DNA from: Leucoraja ocellata | Taxonomy: Eukaryota | Assembly: GCA_036785375.1 (NCBI GenBank) | Contig: JAWMAR010000214.1 | Coordinates: 1,612,001 to 1,676,000, forward strand | Direction: 5' to 3' | Length of the DNA: 64,000 bases | Shown here: in pieces, positions 50,245 to 63,047 of the stretch | Layout of the letters: every line of letters starts with the position of its first letter | How positions within the stretch are numbered: the first letter of the stretch is position 1 | Position numbers and translations under genes: made by a program | The notes under the pieces: generated by a model | The model's database searches: none | Told to the model about the DNA's origin: nothing | The model's input: the letters and a program-made list of their open reading frames with translations, nothing else

Positions 50245-52818
50245 CATGGCCATCCGAAGGGGGGGGAGTGTGCTGGGTGCGACCGCACCCCCTTTCCCCC
50301 TCCCCCCCAGAGTAAGAAAAAATCAGCAGAATTTTTTTTTAAAATCGGAGCACAATCAGCGTTTCCACTGTGGGAAATTGCCCGAAATTCTGGCTTCAGC
50401 CGCTGGGGGAGAAACAAATGCAGCTATCCGCGCCAGCGCAGTTGGGGAAGCGACGCAAAATGGCGCTGTCTCTCCGCGCATGCGCAGTGGGCCCGGGGTG
50501 GGATCAGACTATCATTTATGCTTCACTCATTCTGCTCGATGCCTCACGTCTCCTCCAGGTAAGTAGTGGAAGAGGAAGGGGGGGGTGCGATGTCTGTCCG
50601 CCCGCCCGCCCGGTCAAGCGTTTCCATCAGCGGGCGCAGGGATGGGCGGGGGGGTGTGGTGCTGCCGGTCCTGCGTTTCCATCCGCAGGGTCGGGGGAGG
50701 GGGGGGGGGGTGCGGTGTGCGGTGTCTAAGGGCCCAACGTTTCCAACCGCGACGTTGGAGCCTCGCCATCGGCCAGCCTGGTGACCAGGAGACCTTCTTC
50801 CCATCGCCGACGGGAGCGGCTGTAACTGCAACAGCCCGCTGCCCCCGCTTCCCCCCCCCCCCCCCCCTTCCGACGGGGCCCCAACCTTCTTCCGCCCACG
50901 CCAACCCCGCTACCCCCGCCGCTGGGGCCCAAGCCATCTTCCGCCCCCGCCAGCCCACGCCACCTTCATCTTCGTTTGTTGATTTTAGCTCTGCATTCAA
51001 CACCATTGTGCCATAGCTACTATGCTCCAAACTTTCTGAGTTGACTGTGCCTGACTCCTCTGTCGGTCGATCACTAGCTTTCTGACAGACAGGAAGCAGC
51101 TTGTGAGACGGGAAAGCATATCTCGGACCCGTAAACTCTAAGCATAGGAGCACCGCAAGATGCGTCCTCTCCTCTCTCCTCTCCTCTCGCCACACCAATG
51201 ACTGCACCTCCCTAGATACCTCTGTTAAGCTTCTCAAGTTTGCGGACGACATAACCCTGATTGGACTGATCCAGGATGGGGATCTCTGTACTCTTTTCAG
51301 TTTGACATCTTTCCTATAACATGGTGCCCTGAACTGAACACAATTATTCTTAATGCGGTCTCACCAACGTCTTATACAACTGCAACATGACCTCCCAACT
51401 TCTATACTCAATACTCTGACTGATGAAGGCCAAAGTGCCAAAAATACTTTTTGACCACCTGATATACCTGCGACTCGACCTTCAAGGAACCATGCAACCA
51501 TCAACCATTCCTCTTCCCACCTGGCTAATTGATCCAGATCCTGCTGCAATCATTCGCAACCATCTGCACTATTTGCAAATCCACTCACTTCTGTATCATC
51601 AGCAAACTTGCTAATCTTGCCCTGTTCTGTGACGTTTCTCAGAGTGCTGGAGTAACTCAGTGGGTCAGGCTGAGTATAGAAGTTGGGAGGTCATGTTGCA
51701 GTTGCCTAAGAAGGTGGTGAGGCCACATTCAGAATATTGTATTCAGTTCTGGGCACCATGTTATAGGAAAGATGTCATCAAACTGGAAAGGGTACAGTGA
51801 AGATTTACGAGGATGTTGCCAGGACTGGAGGGCCAGCACTATAGGGAGAGGTTGAGTAGGCTGGGACTCTATTTCATGGAGCACAGGAGGATGAGGGATG
51901 ATCTAATAGAGGTGTATAAAATCATGATTTGAATAGATATGGTTGAGTCTTTTGCCCAGAGTAAGTGAATCGAGGAGCAGAGAACATAAATTTAAGGTGA
52001 AGGGCAAAAGATTTACTAGGAATCGGAGGGGTATATTTTTCACACAAAGGGTGGTCACTGTATGGAACAAGCTGCCAGAGTAGGTAGTTGAGGCAGGGAC
52101 TATCGCAAAATTTAAGAAACAGTTAGAAAGGTACATAGATAGGACAGGTTCGGAGGGATATGGATCAAACGTGGGCAGGTGGGACTAGTGTAGATGGGAC
52201 ATGCTGGGCTGAAGGGCCTGTTTCCACACTGTATCACTCTATGACTCTATCTATCTTTCCCTCTCAAACCCATTTTCCTGCCATCTCCCCATTACCTCTG
52301 ACACCCATATTAATCAAGAATCTATCAATCTCCTCCTGAAAAATGTCCATTGACTTGACCTCCACAGCTGAGTGTGGCAATGAATTCCATAGTTCACCGC
52401 CCTCTAAACTAGTCCCATTCACACGTGTTTGGCCCATATCCATCTAAATCTGTCCTATCCATGTACCTGTCCAAATGTCTTAAACAGTAGGATAGTGTCA
52501 GCCTTAACTACATCCTCTGGCAACTTGTTCCATACACCCACCACTCTTTGTGTGAAAAAGCTACCTCAGATTCCTGTTAATTTCTGAAATATTGGTCATA
52601 AATTTAATGCAACAATGCTCCAAAATAAGGCTCATAATGCATCAGAGAGCATCTAAAACCCCTGAGCTTCCAGGGCCCTTAAGTGGGCCCTGGACCCCGG
52701 CATCGAGTGACTTCACGCTTCGCGCTCGTGATGTGCTCAACACGCACATTATTTCACATTAAATTTCTTGTAATCCTGTCATGCCACCCCCCTTTTTGAA
52801 AAGCTTCATACAGGCCTG
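50245..52818. mobile_element. Composite hAT-like element with a 5-bp TSD
   Basis: CATTG duplicated at 50240-50244 and 52819-52823; imperfect TIRs CATGGCCATCCGAAG / rc CAGGCCTGTATGAAG; GGGTGCGACCGCACCC and CAGGGCCCTTAAGTGGGCCCTG subterminal palindromes. Interior holds Rex1 RT (~50970-51282) and CR1 pieces. Confidence 0.65.
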
Positions 52819-53098
52819 CATTGGTACATGGATGATTCATCAATTCTTTGTGGAAGTACACACTTTTTGCATCTATCTTTTTGTGATGCACCTTTATCAT
52901 TCATTAAATTTGATTGCTTATATTGCCTTACCTATTTAGCTTTTGGCATCATGCCAGTTACAACTGAGTGAATGGAAGGATTCTTGAAGTGTTTCAACTG
53001 GCGAACCCCTGGTTACTGTATAAACCAGTTAATTCTAACCTACATGGTGGTACTCTTTCATTGCAGTACTTTAGTTGATCTTAATCAGTTGATTCTAA

Positions 53099-53635
53099 AG
53101 GGGCTGTCCCACTTGGGCGACGTAATTGGCGAGTTTAGAAGAGTTTAGGAGAGTTTGAAAAAATGTCATGTTGAAGACCTCTTTCGACTATGTAGAAGAC
53201 CTCCTTCGACCTCCTCCAACTATGTTGAAAACTAGCTACGACTAACTGGAAAAATTGGGCACCGAATAGTGGAGTGTGAAGACGACCTCCTTTGATTTCC
53301 TTTGACCTCCCTTTGACTATGATGAAGACTATCTACAACTACCTTCGACTACCCTCGATTACATATGACTAACATGCCGACCTACTACGATCTACTACGA
53401 CTAGACCTACGAGTAAAAAAGTATTGTTTTTTTTCCATGGTGACCTTTTTTTACTCGCGGGCATTTTTCAACATGTTGAAAAATACGCTACGACCTAGCT
53501 GAGGCCTCAAGTACACGAGCATGAAGGAGAGTTACAAAGACCTCCTAGGACCTCGTGTCGACCATGCTGCGAGTATGAGTCGAGGGCAAACTAGCCAGAA
53601 CTCGTGTATTTGGTTGCCCAAGTGGGACAGCCCCT
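53099..53635. mobile_element. PIF/Harbinger-like MITE C
   Basis: TAA TSD; TIR AGGGGCTGTCCCACTTGGGCRAC; internal GACCTCC/CGACTA repeats. Confidence 0.88.
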
Positions 53636-54154
53636 TAACCTTACCCTAACCTAGGCTTAGAGTTAGCACATGGAATTCATTTGAAACAATGCCACACTAG
53701 AATCAAAATTTGGATGTGCAATTAATATTCAGATTTTGATTCTTCTTTGGTATAGTTTCAACTCCAATAAAATACTAGGTGTCAAATTTTCCATGTCAAA
53801 TGATCCCCATTGGGTGTTCAAGGCAAAACTAACAGCTCAATTCTTTATATGAAATGCACTGGACTCTGGTTAATGAATAGCTGTTTCCAGCTGAAGCAGC
53901 AAAGTCTTGAAAATGGTCTGGCAGCTCCCTTTCAAAAGACTAGACAATGCCTCATTTGTTATTGAAGGTTACTTGACTCCACTTGTATTTACCTTATTCC
54001 CATAATGTTCTGTTTTGAATCAATGACTTAGGCTGAATAATAAAGCAAATTTTAACATTCCTTTCTAGGAACGTTTCCTTTCTCGAGTTTAAAAGTTATC
54101 ATTTTGGACATTATGTGCACTGGCAAACCTTTGCCCTTAAAAATATTGAAACTT

Positions 54155-54500
54155 CAGGAAGAACATGATAAAATAGGTCAAAGTCAGCATGGTTTTGTTA
54201 AGGGGATATCTTGCCTGACAAATCAATTGGAGGGTTTTTTTTTAGGAGTTAACGTAGGGCAAAGGCGAGTCAACAGATGGTGTTTTCAGAAGGATTTTGA
54301 TAAGGTGCTAAACGAGACAGTATTAGAGGTAAAGTTCTAGCATGGATAGAAGATTGGCTGACTTAATTAGTATGGGCATCAGTTACCCGGAGAAGGCAAG
54401 AGAATGGGAAGGAGAGGGAAAAAAAGATCAGCCATGATTGAATGGTGGAATAGACTCGTTGGGCTGAAGAGTCTAATTTTGCCACTATGTCTTAAGGCCT
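54155..54500 (+). mobile_element. Heavily deleted CR1
   Basis: IGQSQHGFVKG.SCLTN, FQK.FDKV, then the 3' tail. Confidence 0.7.
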
Positions 54501-57500
54501 TATGGTCTAACATGAATTCTATTAAACTGCACCTGCACAGAAGTTTAGATCGTATGGGCCATGTTGCCAGTAAATGAATTGCCTTGCAAATCATAGATAT
54601 TTCTACTGTCACCCAAATCTGTTTCCAGTCATTTTCATGTGATACCTGATCACATGTGTAACAGGTATAAGCAGTACTTCTAACTTCTATTGTTGTCCCT
54701 TATTGGCTCAAACAATACTTTAACATTCCATTCTTTAATTTTTTAATGAATACCATGCTTCAAGTCTAATTGCAGATGATAATTTTAAGAGTCATTTAGT
54801 TTATTTTTGATTCAGTTATTCTATAACACAGATTTGTAGGTTTCCCCATTTCAACTGGAAATGAGTGCATTTTATTGCTTGTCATCACTTGTTTCCAGGA
54901 AGATGCTTCTCTGTGAGCATCAATGTCATCCATATAAATCCATATCAGAATATTAATAATCACTTTGGGAATTTTAAAGGATCCATTAATAATTTTTTTA
55001 TGTCTTCAGAGCATAATTAACAAATTAAACTAATTATTTTTTGTGATATTTACACATCGATTACAGATTACAGCCAATTCTTGTTTATTCCGCCGCAGGT
55101 CCTAAGTTCTCACTGAATCAGGAAAGGCATTTAAGACAGAAAAATTAAGTTGTGTTTTTTGTTTTGCATAATACAGTGAAGGCAATTGTTATTTGTATCT
55201 TGGTGCTTTTCAAAATTACCTCACTGTCGTTTTAATTGGTCAAATCTATTTATCCTTTATTGACCCTGTGATTGATGCAGCTTGCATCAGTCCTACTTTT
55301 ATTTTTATTTACAAAGATATTTTAGTATAAAGCTCACTTCATTTTATTGTTGCCTGCATCAGTCTTTCATCAACTTGATGCTGTGGCTGTCTCATTTTTA
55401 TGCTTTCATTCCTTAGTTTGTTATTCAGGCCTAGATTTTCCATAGTTTTGGTTTATTGCCACGGAGGTACAGTGAGAAACTTTTGTTGCGTGCTAACCAG
55501 CCAGCGGAAAGACAATATGTGATTACAAACGAGCCATTCACAGTGTACAGATACATGATAAGGGCCTAGTTGGTATTCTTAGAAAGAAGCCATAATGCTC
55601 ATCTCATTACTTTCAGACCACCACATCTTTCTGTCTAATTGCATTATTAATATTGCTATTCATACCCGTCTCAAAATGACACTATCATCCCCTCGTGTAT
55701 CATGTGTCAATGCAATAATTCTAATTTCACATGGTGAATGCGTTTAGGAACAATCCAGTTAGTTGTATTTGCATGCATCAAAAACAAAGTCAAACTGTGT
55801 TGAACAGATAATTCTGGAGTGTAAATTTGGCAATGGATGCACTTTTCATACAGTGGACTCTAACCTGCAGTCTACTTGAGTAAAGGAGCAGAAAAAAGTA
55901 GGGCAAACAAATGCAAGTTTGAACCAATGATGGTGGTTTTCTACTTAAGGTAACAGTGATTTTCAGTTCATGGAATGGTGTAATTATGAATTGTCTACTA
56001 ATTAGTAACAAACTGGCAGGAACTGTTTTGGAGATAATCACACTAACAAAGGCTCAGAGACAAAGGGCACACACATACTCCCCACAAACTGCTCAATTTT
56101 TCATGTCTAATATTCAAGGTTTGAGAAAGTGGATAAGTGTCGAGCAAATGTTTTGAGTTGTTGCACTTCAGGAAAGGGGAAAAAAGAGAAAGTAACCTCG
56201 ATTTTTTTTTTGGACTTGAAATTGAAGGAGGGTGACAGTTAGCTCTCCGAGTTCCATCTTGTTGTGGCATAAAGCCAGCATTGGAATTCAATATGCTGAA
56301 AATACATAGTATCAGCAATTGGGGAGAAGAAAGACGTTGTGATACTTTGGTTGCTTCTTACCGCATTGAAATGTATACAGTGCGATCATATTATTCACCA
56401 ATATATTTTTATTTCAATCTGTTATTAATTTCAAAGAATATTTATTGACTTGGCCATGTATTAATCCTCAATTTAAATCATTTGTTAATCCTTTGGAAAA
56501 AATGTCCTTTTGTTCTGCAAAGGAATATGATCTATTAAAAGCTGATTTCCTTTTTAGAACAAAAGTTGGAGTGCTGTATTTAATTTCACACAGCCGTACA
56601 ATGTCTGCATGACCTAGAGTAACTGTATGGGAAGAGTCCTATTTAGCATCTGATAGAAGAAATTATTTATGCATTTTATTATTTCCTAATTATCATCAAT
56701 CAAAATCCAATGGGTTGGGGCCTGCAGATGGTGCATCCCGTCTTCAGCTTTAGTATATTGAGCATATTCACAAAGGCATTTAACTTTCACAATGCTGATT
56801 GCTTTTCCAGAGAGGCTGTCTTAAGACAGCTGGTGGATTTTCTCTTTTGTTACATCTTTCAGGACAAGCACCACTGCAAATTGGTAGTCTCCATATTAAA
56901 TCTGTTCTTTTAGGACTATGTTAGCAGTAGGTTTGCTTTGAAATCATCCATCTAACAAGATGTCAATGAAGAAGCTGACTACTAAATTGAACAAATGTTT
57001 AATATTAAGTATGGCACTTTTATTATTGAGCCTATTTGCTGACTGTCATTGTCTCAGTGATTCTTCCTTTAATAGAATCATTAAATAACCAACATACTGA
57101 CACACTGACAGAAAGGAAATAGACTCCATAAAATTTAGCAGTCATTTTCTTTATGCATCATGATGCTCTGGGACTATTTGTTTCCACGATTTTAATTGTT
57201 TAAATTGCGACCAATGTTTTGCATATAGCAGGCGTTAAGTGCTTAAGAGTGCAAAGTAGTCATATGTACATTAGTTGGATAACGTGGAGAGGCATGGCTT
57301 GGAGGGGATACTTTCCAGCAAATAAAAGTACAATAGTTTTGGTAAAACATGATTGCATATTGACTTACGATATTTTCTCCTGTGGGAATTAATGATACTT
57401 GCAAATTTTCCTAATGCAAATTTTGTAGAATCAGCTTTCACATTTGAAATTTTAATTTTTACAAGTATTTTTACGTTAAATTTTAATTGGTACAAGTACT

Positions 57501-58199
57501 AAATTTGTGTTTATAAATATGGATGCTATTATTCAAATTTATATGTATCGGTGACTATTCTCTTATTTAACATGCAAGAAACGTAATGCGTCATGCAATA
57601 TGCAGAAGTAGTATTAATGTTTAGGTAGTTTATCTTCTGAGAGCAGAAGGGGCCTTGCAAAATGGAGTTAAAACACATGGAAAATAGCTGAAGATAATGA
57701 CAGCATGTCGAATGAAGCAGATTGCCCACTGGCTTAAGAATATGCAAAGTTTGGCTGTTGCTACTGTTCCAGCAGATGCTCATGCAAGGGCCCTTGAGTC
57801 GTGCACAAACTCTGAAGAGCAGATACAAATGAAAGGTTTAACTATTCATAATTCAGTCAATAAAATCAGAACATGAGCACAAATGTATTCATAAATTCAT
57901 TGTGCCTGAAACCAATATTCTGCAAAGATCTCCAGCTGTTTAAAGTAGTCTTTAACAAAGTAAAATCATCCCCATCTCCCGTTTCAATGCAGTTTCTTAT
58001 CCACATAGTGAAGATGCTGTAATTCAGATATTTTTATTCGTTGTTATTTTGCAATCCTGGATTACAAAATTTATTAGCCATGAATTATTAAAAGTCTCAT
58101 TGCAGTTTAAGCCTCTAGGTATTATGTAAAGGAACCATTTTCCACACCTCATTGAACTGATTTCATTGACTAGTCTGGTTTAGGGCTCAGCAATGAAAA

Positions 58200-59672
58200 A
58201 ATGTTATCCCACCTTTTAAGAAAGGCAGGAGAGAGAAAAACAGGGAATTATAGACCAGTTAGCCTGACATCGGTGGTGGGGAAGATGTTGGAGTCAATTA
58301 TAAAAGATGAGATAGCCGAACATTTGGATAGCAGTAACAGGATCGGTCCGAGTCAGCATGGATTTACGAAGAGGAAATCATGCTTGATTTATCTTCTGGA
58401 ATATTTTGAAGATGTAAATAGGTAAATGGACAAGGGAGAACCAATGGATGTAGTGTACCTGGACTTTCAGAAAGCATTTGATAAGGTCCCACATAGGAGA
58501 TTAGTGTGCAAAATTAGGGCACATGGTATAGGGGGTAGAGTGCTGACATGGATAGAGAAGTGGTTGGCAGACAGGAAACAAAGAGTAGGGATTAACAGGT
58601 CCCTTTCAGAATGGCAGGCAGTGACTAGTGGGGTATCGCAAGGCTCGCTGCTGGGACCGCAGCTATTTACAATATACATCAATGATTTGGATGAAGGGAT
58701 TCAAAGTAACATTAGCAAATTTGCAGATTACACAAAACAGGGTGGAAGTATGAACTGTGAGGAGGATGCTATGAGAATGCAGGGTGACTTGGACAGGTTG
58801 GGGGAGTGGGCAGATTCATGGCAGATGAAGTTTAATGCAGATAAATGTGGGGTTATCCACTTTGGTAGCAAAAACAGGAAGGCAGATTACTATCTAAATG
58901 GCATCAAGTTGGGAAAAGGGGGAGTACAATGGGATCTGGGGGTCCTTGTACCTCAGTCTATGAAAGTAAGCATGCAGGTACAGCAGGCAGTGAAGAAAGC
59001 GAATGACATATTGGCCTTTATAACAAGAGAACTCGAATATAGGAGCAAAGAGGTCCTTCTGCAGTTGTACAGAGCTTGTACAGAGTTGTACAGTTGTACT
59101 CAAACCCCAGCAGTGAGACCACACCTGGAGTATTGTGTGCAGTTTTGGTCCCCTAATTTGAGGAAGGCTATTCTTGCTATTGAGGGAGTGCAGCATAGGT
59201 TTACAAGGTTAATTCCCTGGATGGCGGGACTGTCATATACTGAGAGAATGGAGCAGCTGGGCTTGTACACTCTGGAATTTAGAAGGATGAGAGGAGATCT
59301 CATTTAAACATATAAGATTGTTAAGGGTTTGGACATGCTGGAGGCAGGAAACATGTTCCCGATGTTGGGGGAGTCCAGAACCAGGGGGCACAGTTTAAGA
59401 ATAAGGAGTAAGCCATTTAGAATGGAGACAGGGAAATACTTTTTCGCTCAGAGTGGTGAAGCTGTGGAATTCTCTGCCTCAGAGGGCGATGGAGGCGGGT
59501 TCTCTGGATGCTTTCAAGAGAGAGCTAGATAGGGCTCTTAAAAATAGGAGATGGGGAGAAGGCAGGAACGGGGTACTGATTGGGGATGATCCGCCATGAT
59601 CACATTGAATGGCGGTGCTGGCTCGAAGGGCCGAATGGCCTACTCCTGCACCTATTGGCTATTGTCTGTTGT
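58200..59672 (+). mobile_element. CR1/HER1 LINE, 5'-truncated, RT largely open but inactivated
   Basis: NYRPVSLTSVVGK, DVVYLDFQKAFDKVPH, QGSLLGPQLF; FADD mutated to FADY; stop at 58423-58425; (CTATTGT)n tail. Confidence 0.95.
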
Positions 59673-60209
59673 CTAAATCAGCGTTATCACAATTGCCTTA
59701 CAGCAATATGGTGCAGTGATAAGGAATGATAAAATTCATATTTTTATTATTTAGGACAGCACTAATTAAATGGAAGGTTTTCCAAAAGGATTAGACATAA
59801 TATTAGCACTAATTATTGTCAATTGGTTGGAGAGTATCACAGTATTCTCCAACCTGTCAACCTCTATCCTCGTTATACTTTCCCTTGATATTGATTAATT
59901 ATTGTACTCTTTCGCCCATATTTGTCTGCTCTTTCTGTCACTTCTTCACTCCTCATTCCTTGCCTCTCACCAGAATGACCTCCAAGTCATTTATTTTTCT
60001 GAAGTGCTTCTGGTGCAATGGAGATACTGTATCCATTTAGAAATATGGCATTTTCCTTCAGATGACCTCTGGGGAGCAGGTTGAAGAAAGGAACGGTTAG
60101 GGCCAGCTGCTCAAGGATGAGCAATAATACCAGAGGCAGGAATGAGTGTGAAACCCCAGCAGTGAACAGGAGGAGAGGTAACAGAACAGCCAAGTATTAC
60201 AAGAATGGT

Positions 60210-60490
60210 AGGTCAAGGTGGCACAGTGCTAGAGTTGCTGCTTTACAGCGATTACAGCACCAGAGACCCAGGTTCGATCCCGACTACGGATGCTGTCTAT
60301 ACAGAGTTTGTACGTTCTCCCGGTGACCGCTTGGGTATTCTCTGAGATCTTCGATTTCCTCCCACACTCCAAAGACATCCAGGTTTGTAGGTTAATTGGC
60401 TTCGTATAAATGTAAATTATCTCTAGTGTGTAGAATAGTGTTAATGTGTGGGGATTGCTGGTCAATGCAGACTCGGTGGAGGGGCGGAGC
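60210..60490 (+). mobile_element. HE1-type V-SINE
   Basis: B-box GGTTCGATCCC and V-domain. Confidence 0.85.
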
Positions 60491-60549
60491 AGCCTCACTG
60501 GCAAAACTCGAACATGTAAGTCTGCAAATGGGAAAGAAGGACACTCTAC

Positions 60550-62780
60550 CTTCAGGTAGAGTGGCAGTACTTATATAGAGTACTGCAAAAATTTAGTATG
60601 GGAGAGAATTTTATTACATGGGTAAAATTATTGTATGATAAACCGATGGCAAGAATTTTAACTAACAACATGTTATCTCAAAAATTTCAATTATCAAGGG
60701 GTAATAGGCAGGGATGTGCGTTATCACCCCTGCTATTTACCCTTATGATAGAACCTTTGGCTGAAAGTGTAAGAATTCATCCGAATATTCAGGGCTATAA
60801 TACTAGGGACTCAAAGAATAAAATTTCATTATATGCAGACGATATAATTTTATATATTACAAAGTCACAAACGAGCATACCAAATTTATTAAATTTAATA
60901 GAGGAATTCGGGTCTTTTTCTGGATATAGAATAAACTGGAATAAAAGTGAAATCATGACGTTAAAACCTCAAGAACCTACACACTTACTGAAGTTTCCCT
61001 TTAAAATCGCAACAGAAAAATTTAAATACATGGGTATTCAGATTACTAAAAAATATAAAGCATTATTCAACGTTAATTTTATACCTTTATTAAATAAACT
61101 TAATAAGCTGATTACATTTTGGAAAACACTTCCTTTATCATTATTAGCTAGAATAAATGCAATAAAAATGATCTTCCTACCACAATTACTATACCTATTT
61201 CAGTCTATACCAGTATATATACCAAAATACTTAAAAAAAAAAAAAAAAAAATTAGACTCTAATATTACTAATTTTATTTGGGACTCTAGATCACATAGAA
61301 TTAAAAAAGAACACTTATGTAAACCAAAAGATGTCGGGGGACTCTCACTCCCGAATTTTATGTATTATTACTGGGTGGATTTTTGGCTGGATAGTTCTAC
61401 CCAACAGACAGAATGGATAAAAATGGAGAAAGAGGATTGTTTTTCTTGTAATATAGGAACGATCCTCTTCTCCCCGAAAAAATTGAACAACACAATATAT
61501 AAGAAGAACCCAATTATATATGGTACAATAAGAATTTGGAAACAAATAAAATTATCTTTAAAATTAAGAAATTTATCATTGTTAATGCCAATAGCGAATA
61601 ACCCTTTATTTAAACCATCTCTTATTGATAAAACATATAACCAATGGGAAAGTCTTGGAATTAGAAGCATTGGGGATATGTACGAAATGGGAAATCTACT
61701 ATCATTCCAACAATTACAATTAAAATTTAAATTGAAAAACAACCAATATTTTAAATATCTTCAGATTTGCGATTTCATGAAAAATACATACAAGGATATC
61801 AAAAAATAACTCCTGAATTATTGGAAGGAGCAATGAATATTAAAGCTGACTCTCAAAAATTAATATCATATTTATATAATAGTATATTAAATATAGACCT
61901 AGCATCGACAGAGGTACTTAGAGAAGAGTGGGAACGGGAACTAATGATAAAAATTACAAAGGTTACATGGGAAAAGTAGATATATATTCACAAATGTTCG
62001 ATTAATGTAAGACATAATCTAATTCAATTTAAAATTTTACATAGATTATATTATTCAAAAACAAGATTGAACAAAGTTTATCCTAACACGAAACTATAAC
62101 GCACTCTTTTGTTTCCTGCATAAAACTTTATAGATTTTGGAGTGATATTTTTGAAATATTTACAAAATTATTTAAGATAAGAATGGAACCTAATACTAAA
62201 ATGATTATATTTGGAGTAAACTGAACACATCTCAAAATTTATTTTTAAATTATGATTTAATAGCTAAAAAATTAATACAAACTTTTGAAAAATACATCAA
62301 TACCAACGCTTAAAATGTGGATTGCAACCATGTTGGACACCGCACATCTTGATGAAATGCGATTCCTCCTAATGGATAAATCAGACCAATTCATAACGAG
62401 TTGGTCTCCATTTGTCGTCTTTTTGAAATCATAGTGTGCAACACAATTGTAAAAGCTAACTGTTTCAGGACTGGACGAGGGATGGTCAAGATTATAAACA
62501 ATGATCGCCTTACTTTTCTTTATGTCTTATTCTCTTTTTCCTATTTTCTTTTCTTCAACTTTCTTCATTCATTCGTCTTTTTTCTTTTTCTTCACACACT
62601 ATATATCTCACGTCTTTCTATCCTTTACTATCTAATTTATTTTCCTTATTATCTTTCTTTATTATAACAAAAAAAAAAGAAGAAGCTGTACATAAAATGT
62701 ATTATGAAAATATATATTAGGCACTTTGGTGCCATATGATTGTACAGTGTACTTACTTATAATAAAAGAAAATATTAAAA
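60550..62780 (+). mobile_element. L1 (LINE-1 clade) element, 5'-truncated, ORF2 RT
   Basis: RG.RQGC.LSPLLF, YADD, SGYRINWNKS, GGLSLP; T-rich 3'UTR, AATAAA and A tail; TSD AAAGAAGGA(C)ACTCTAC at 60533-60549 and 62781-62796. Confidence 0.92.
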
Positions 62781-63047
62781 AAAGAAGGAACTCTACTTAA
62801 AATAAAGGGAGAACCTGACAAAAGAACATTTAAATTTCATAGAAATAGCACACTTGTGCACCTGTAGTCGATCTTTGAAAAGGACCTTTGAGGAACAACG
62901 ATTGAAAACTGAAAATAATGACATAGTAATTTCAACTTTGCATGGGAATAACAAATAATAAATCACAAAACTAATAATGATATAATGTACTGCAGAACAG
63001 TATGCCGATTTAACACTTTAAAACTTTTGTAAGGCTGGATTTTGCTA

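Noticed and set aside
49336-51252. Many overlapping long ORFs and a CpG island suggesting a host gene
   Set aside because: They fall within GC-rich transposon sequence bounded by TIRs and TSDs; stop-poor composition explains them.
58426-59307. Functional reverse transcriptase gene
   Set aside because: 5'-truncated CR1 with an upstream stop, catalytic FADD changed to FADY, and a local duplication near 59065-59110.
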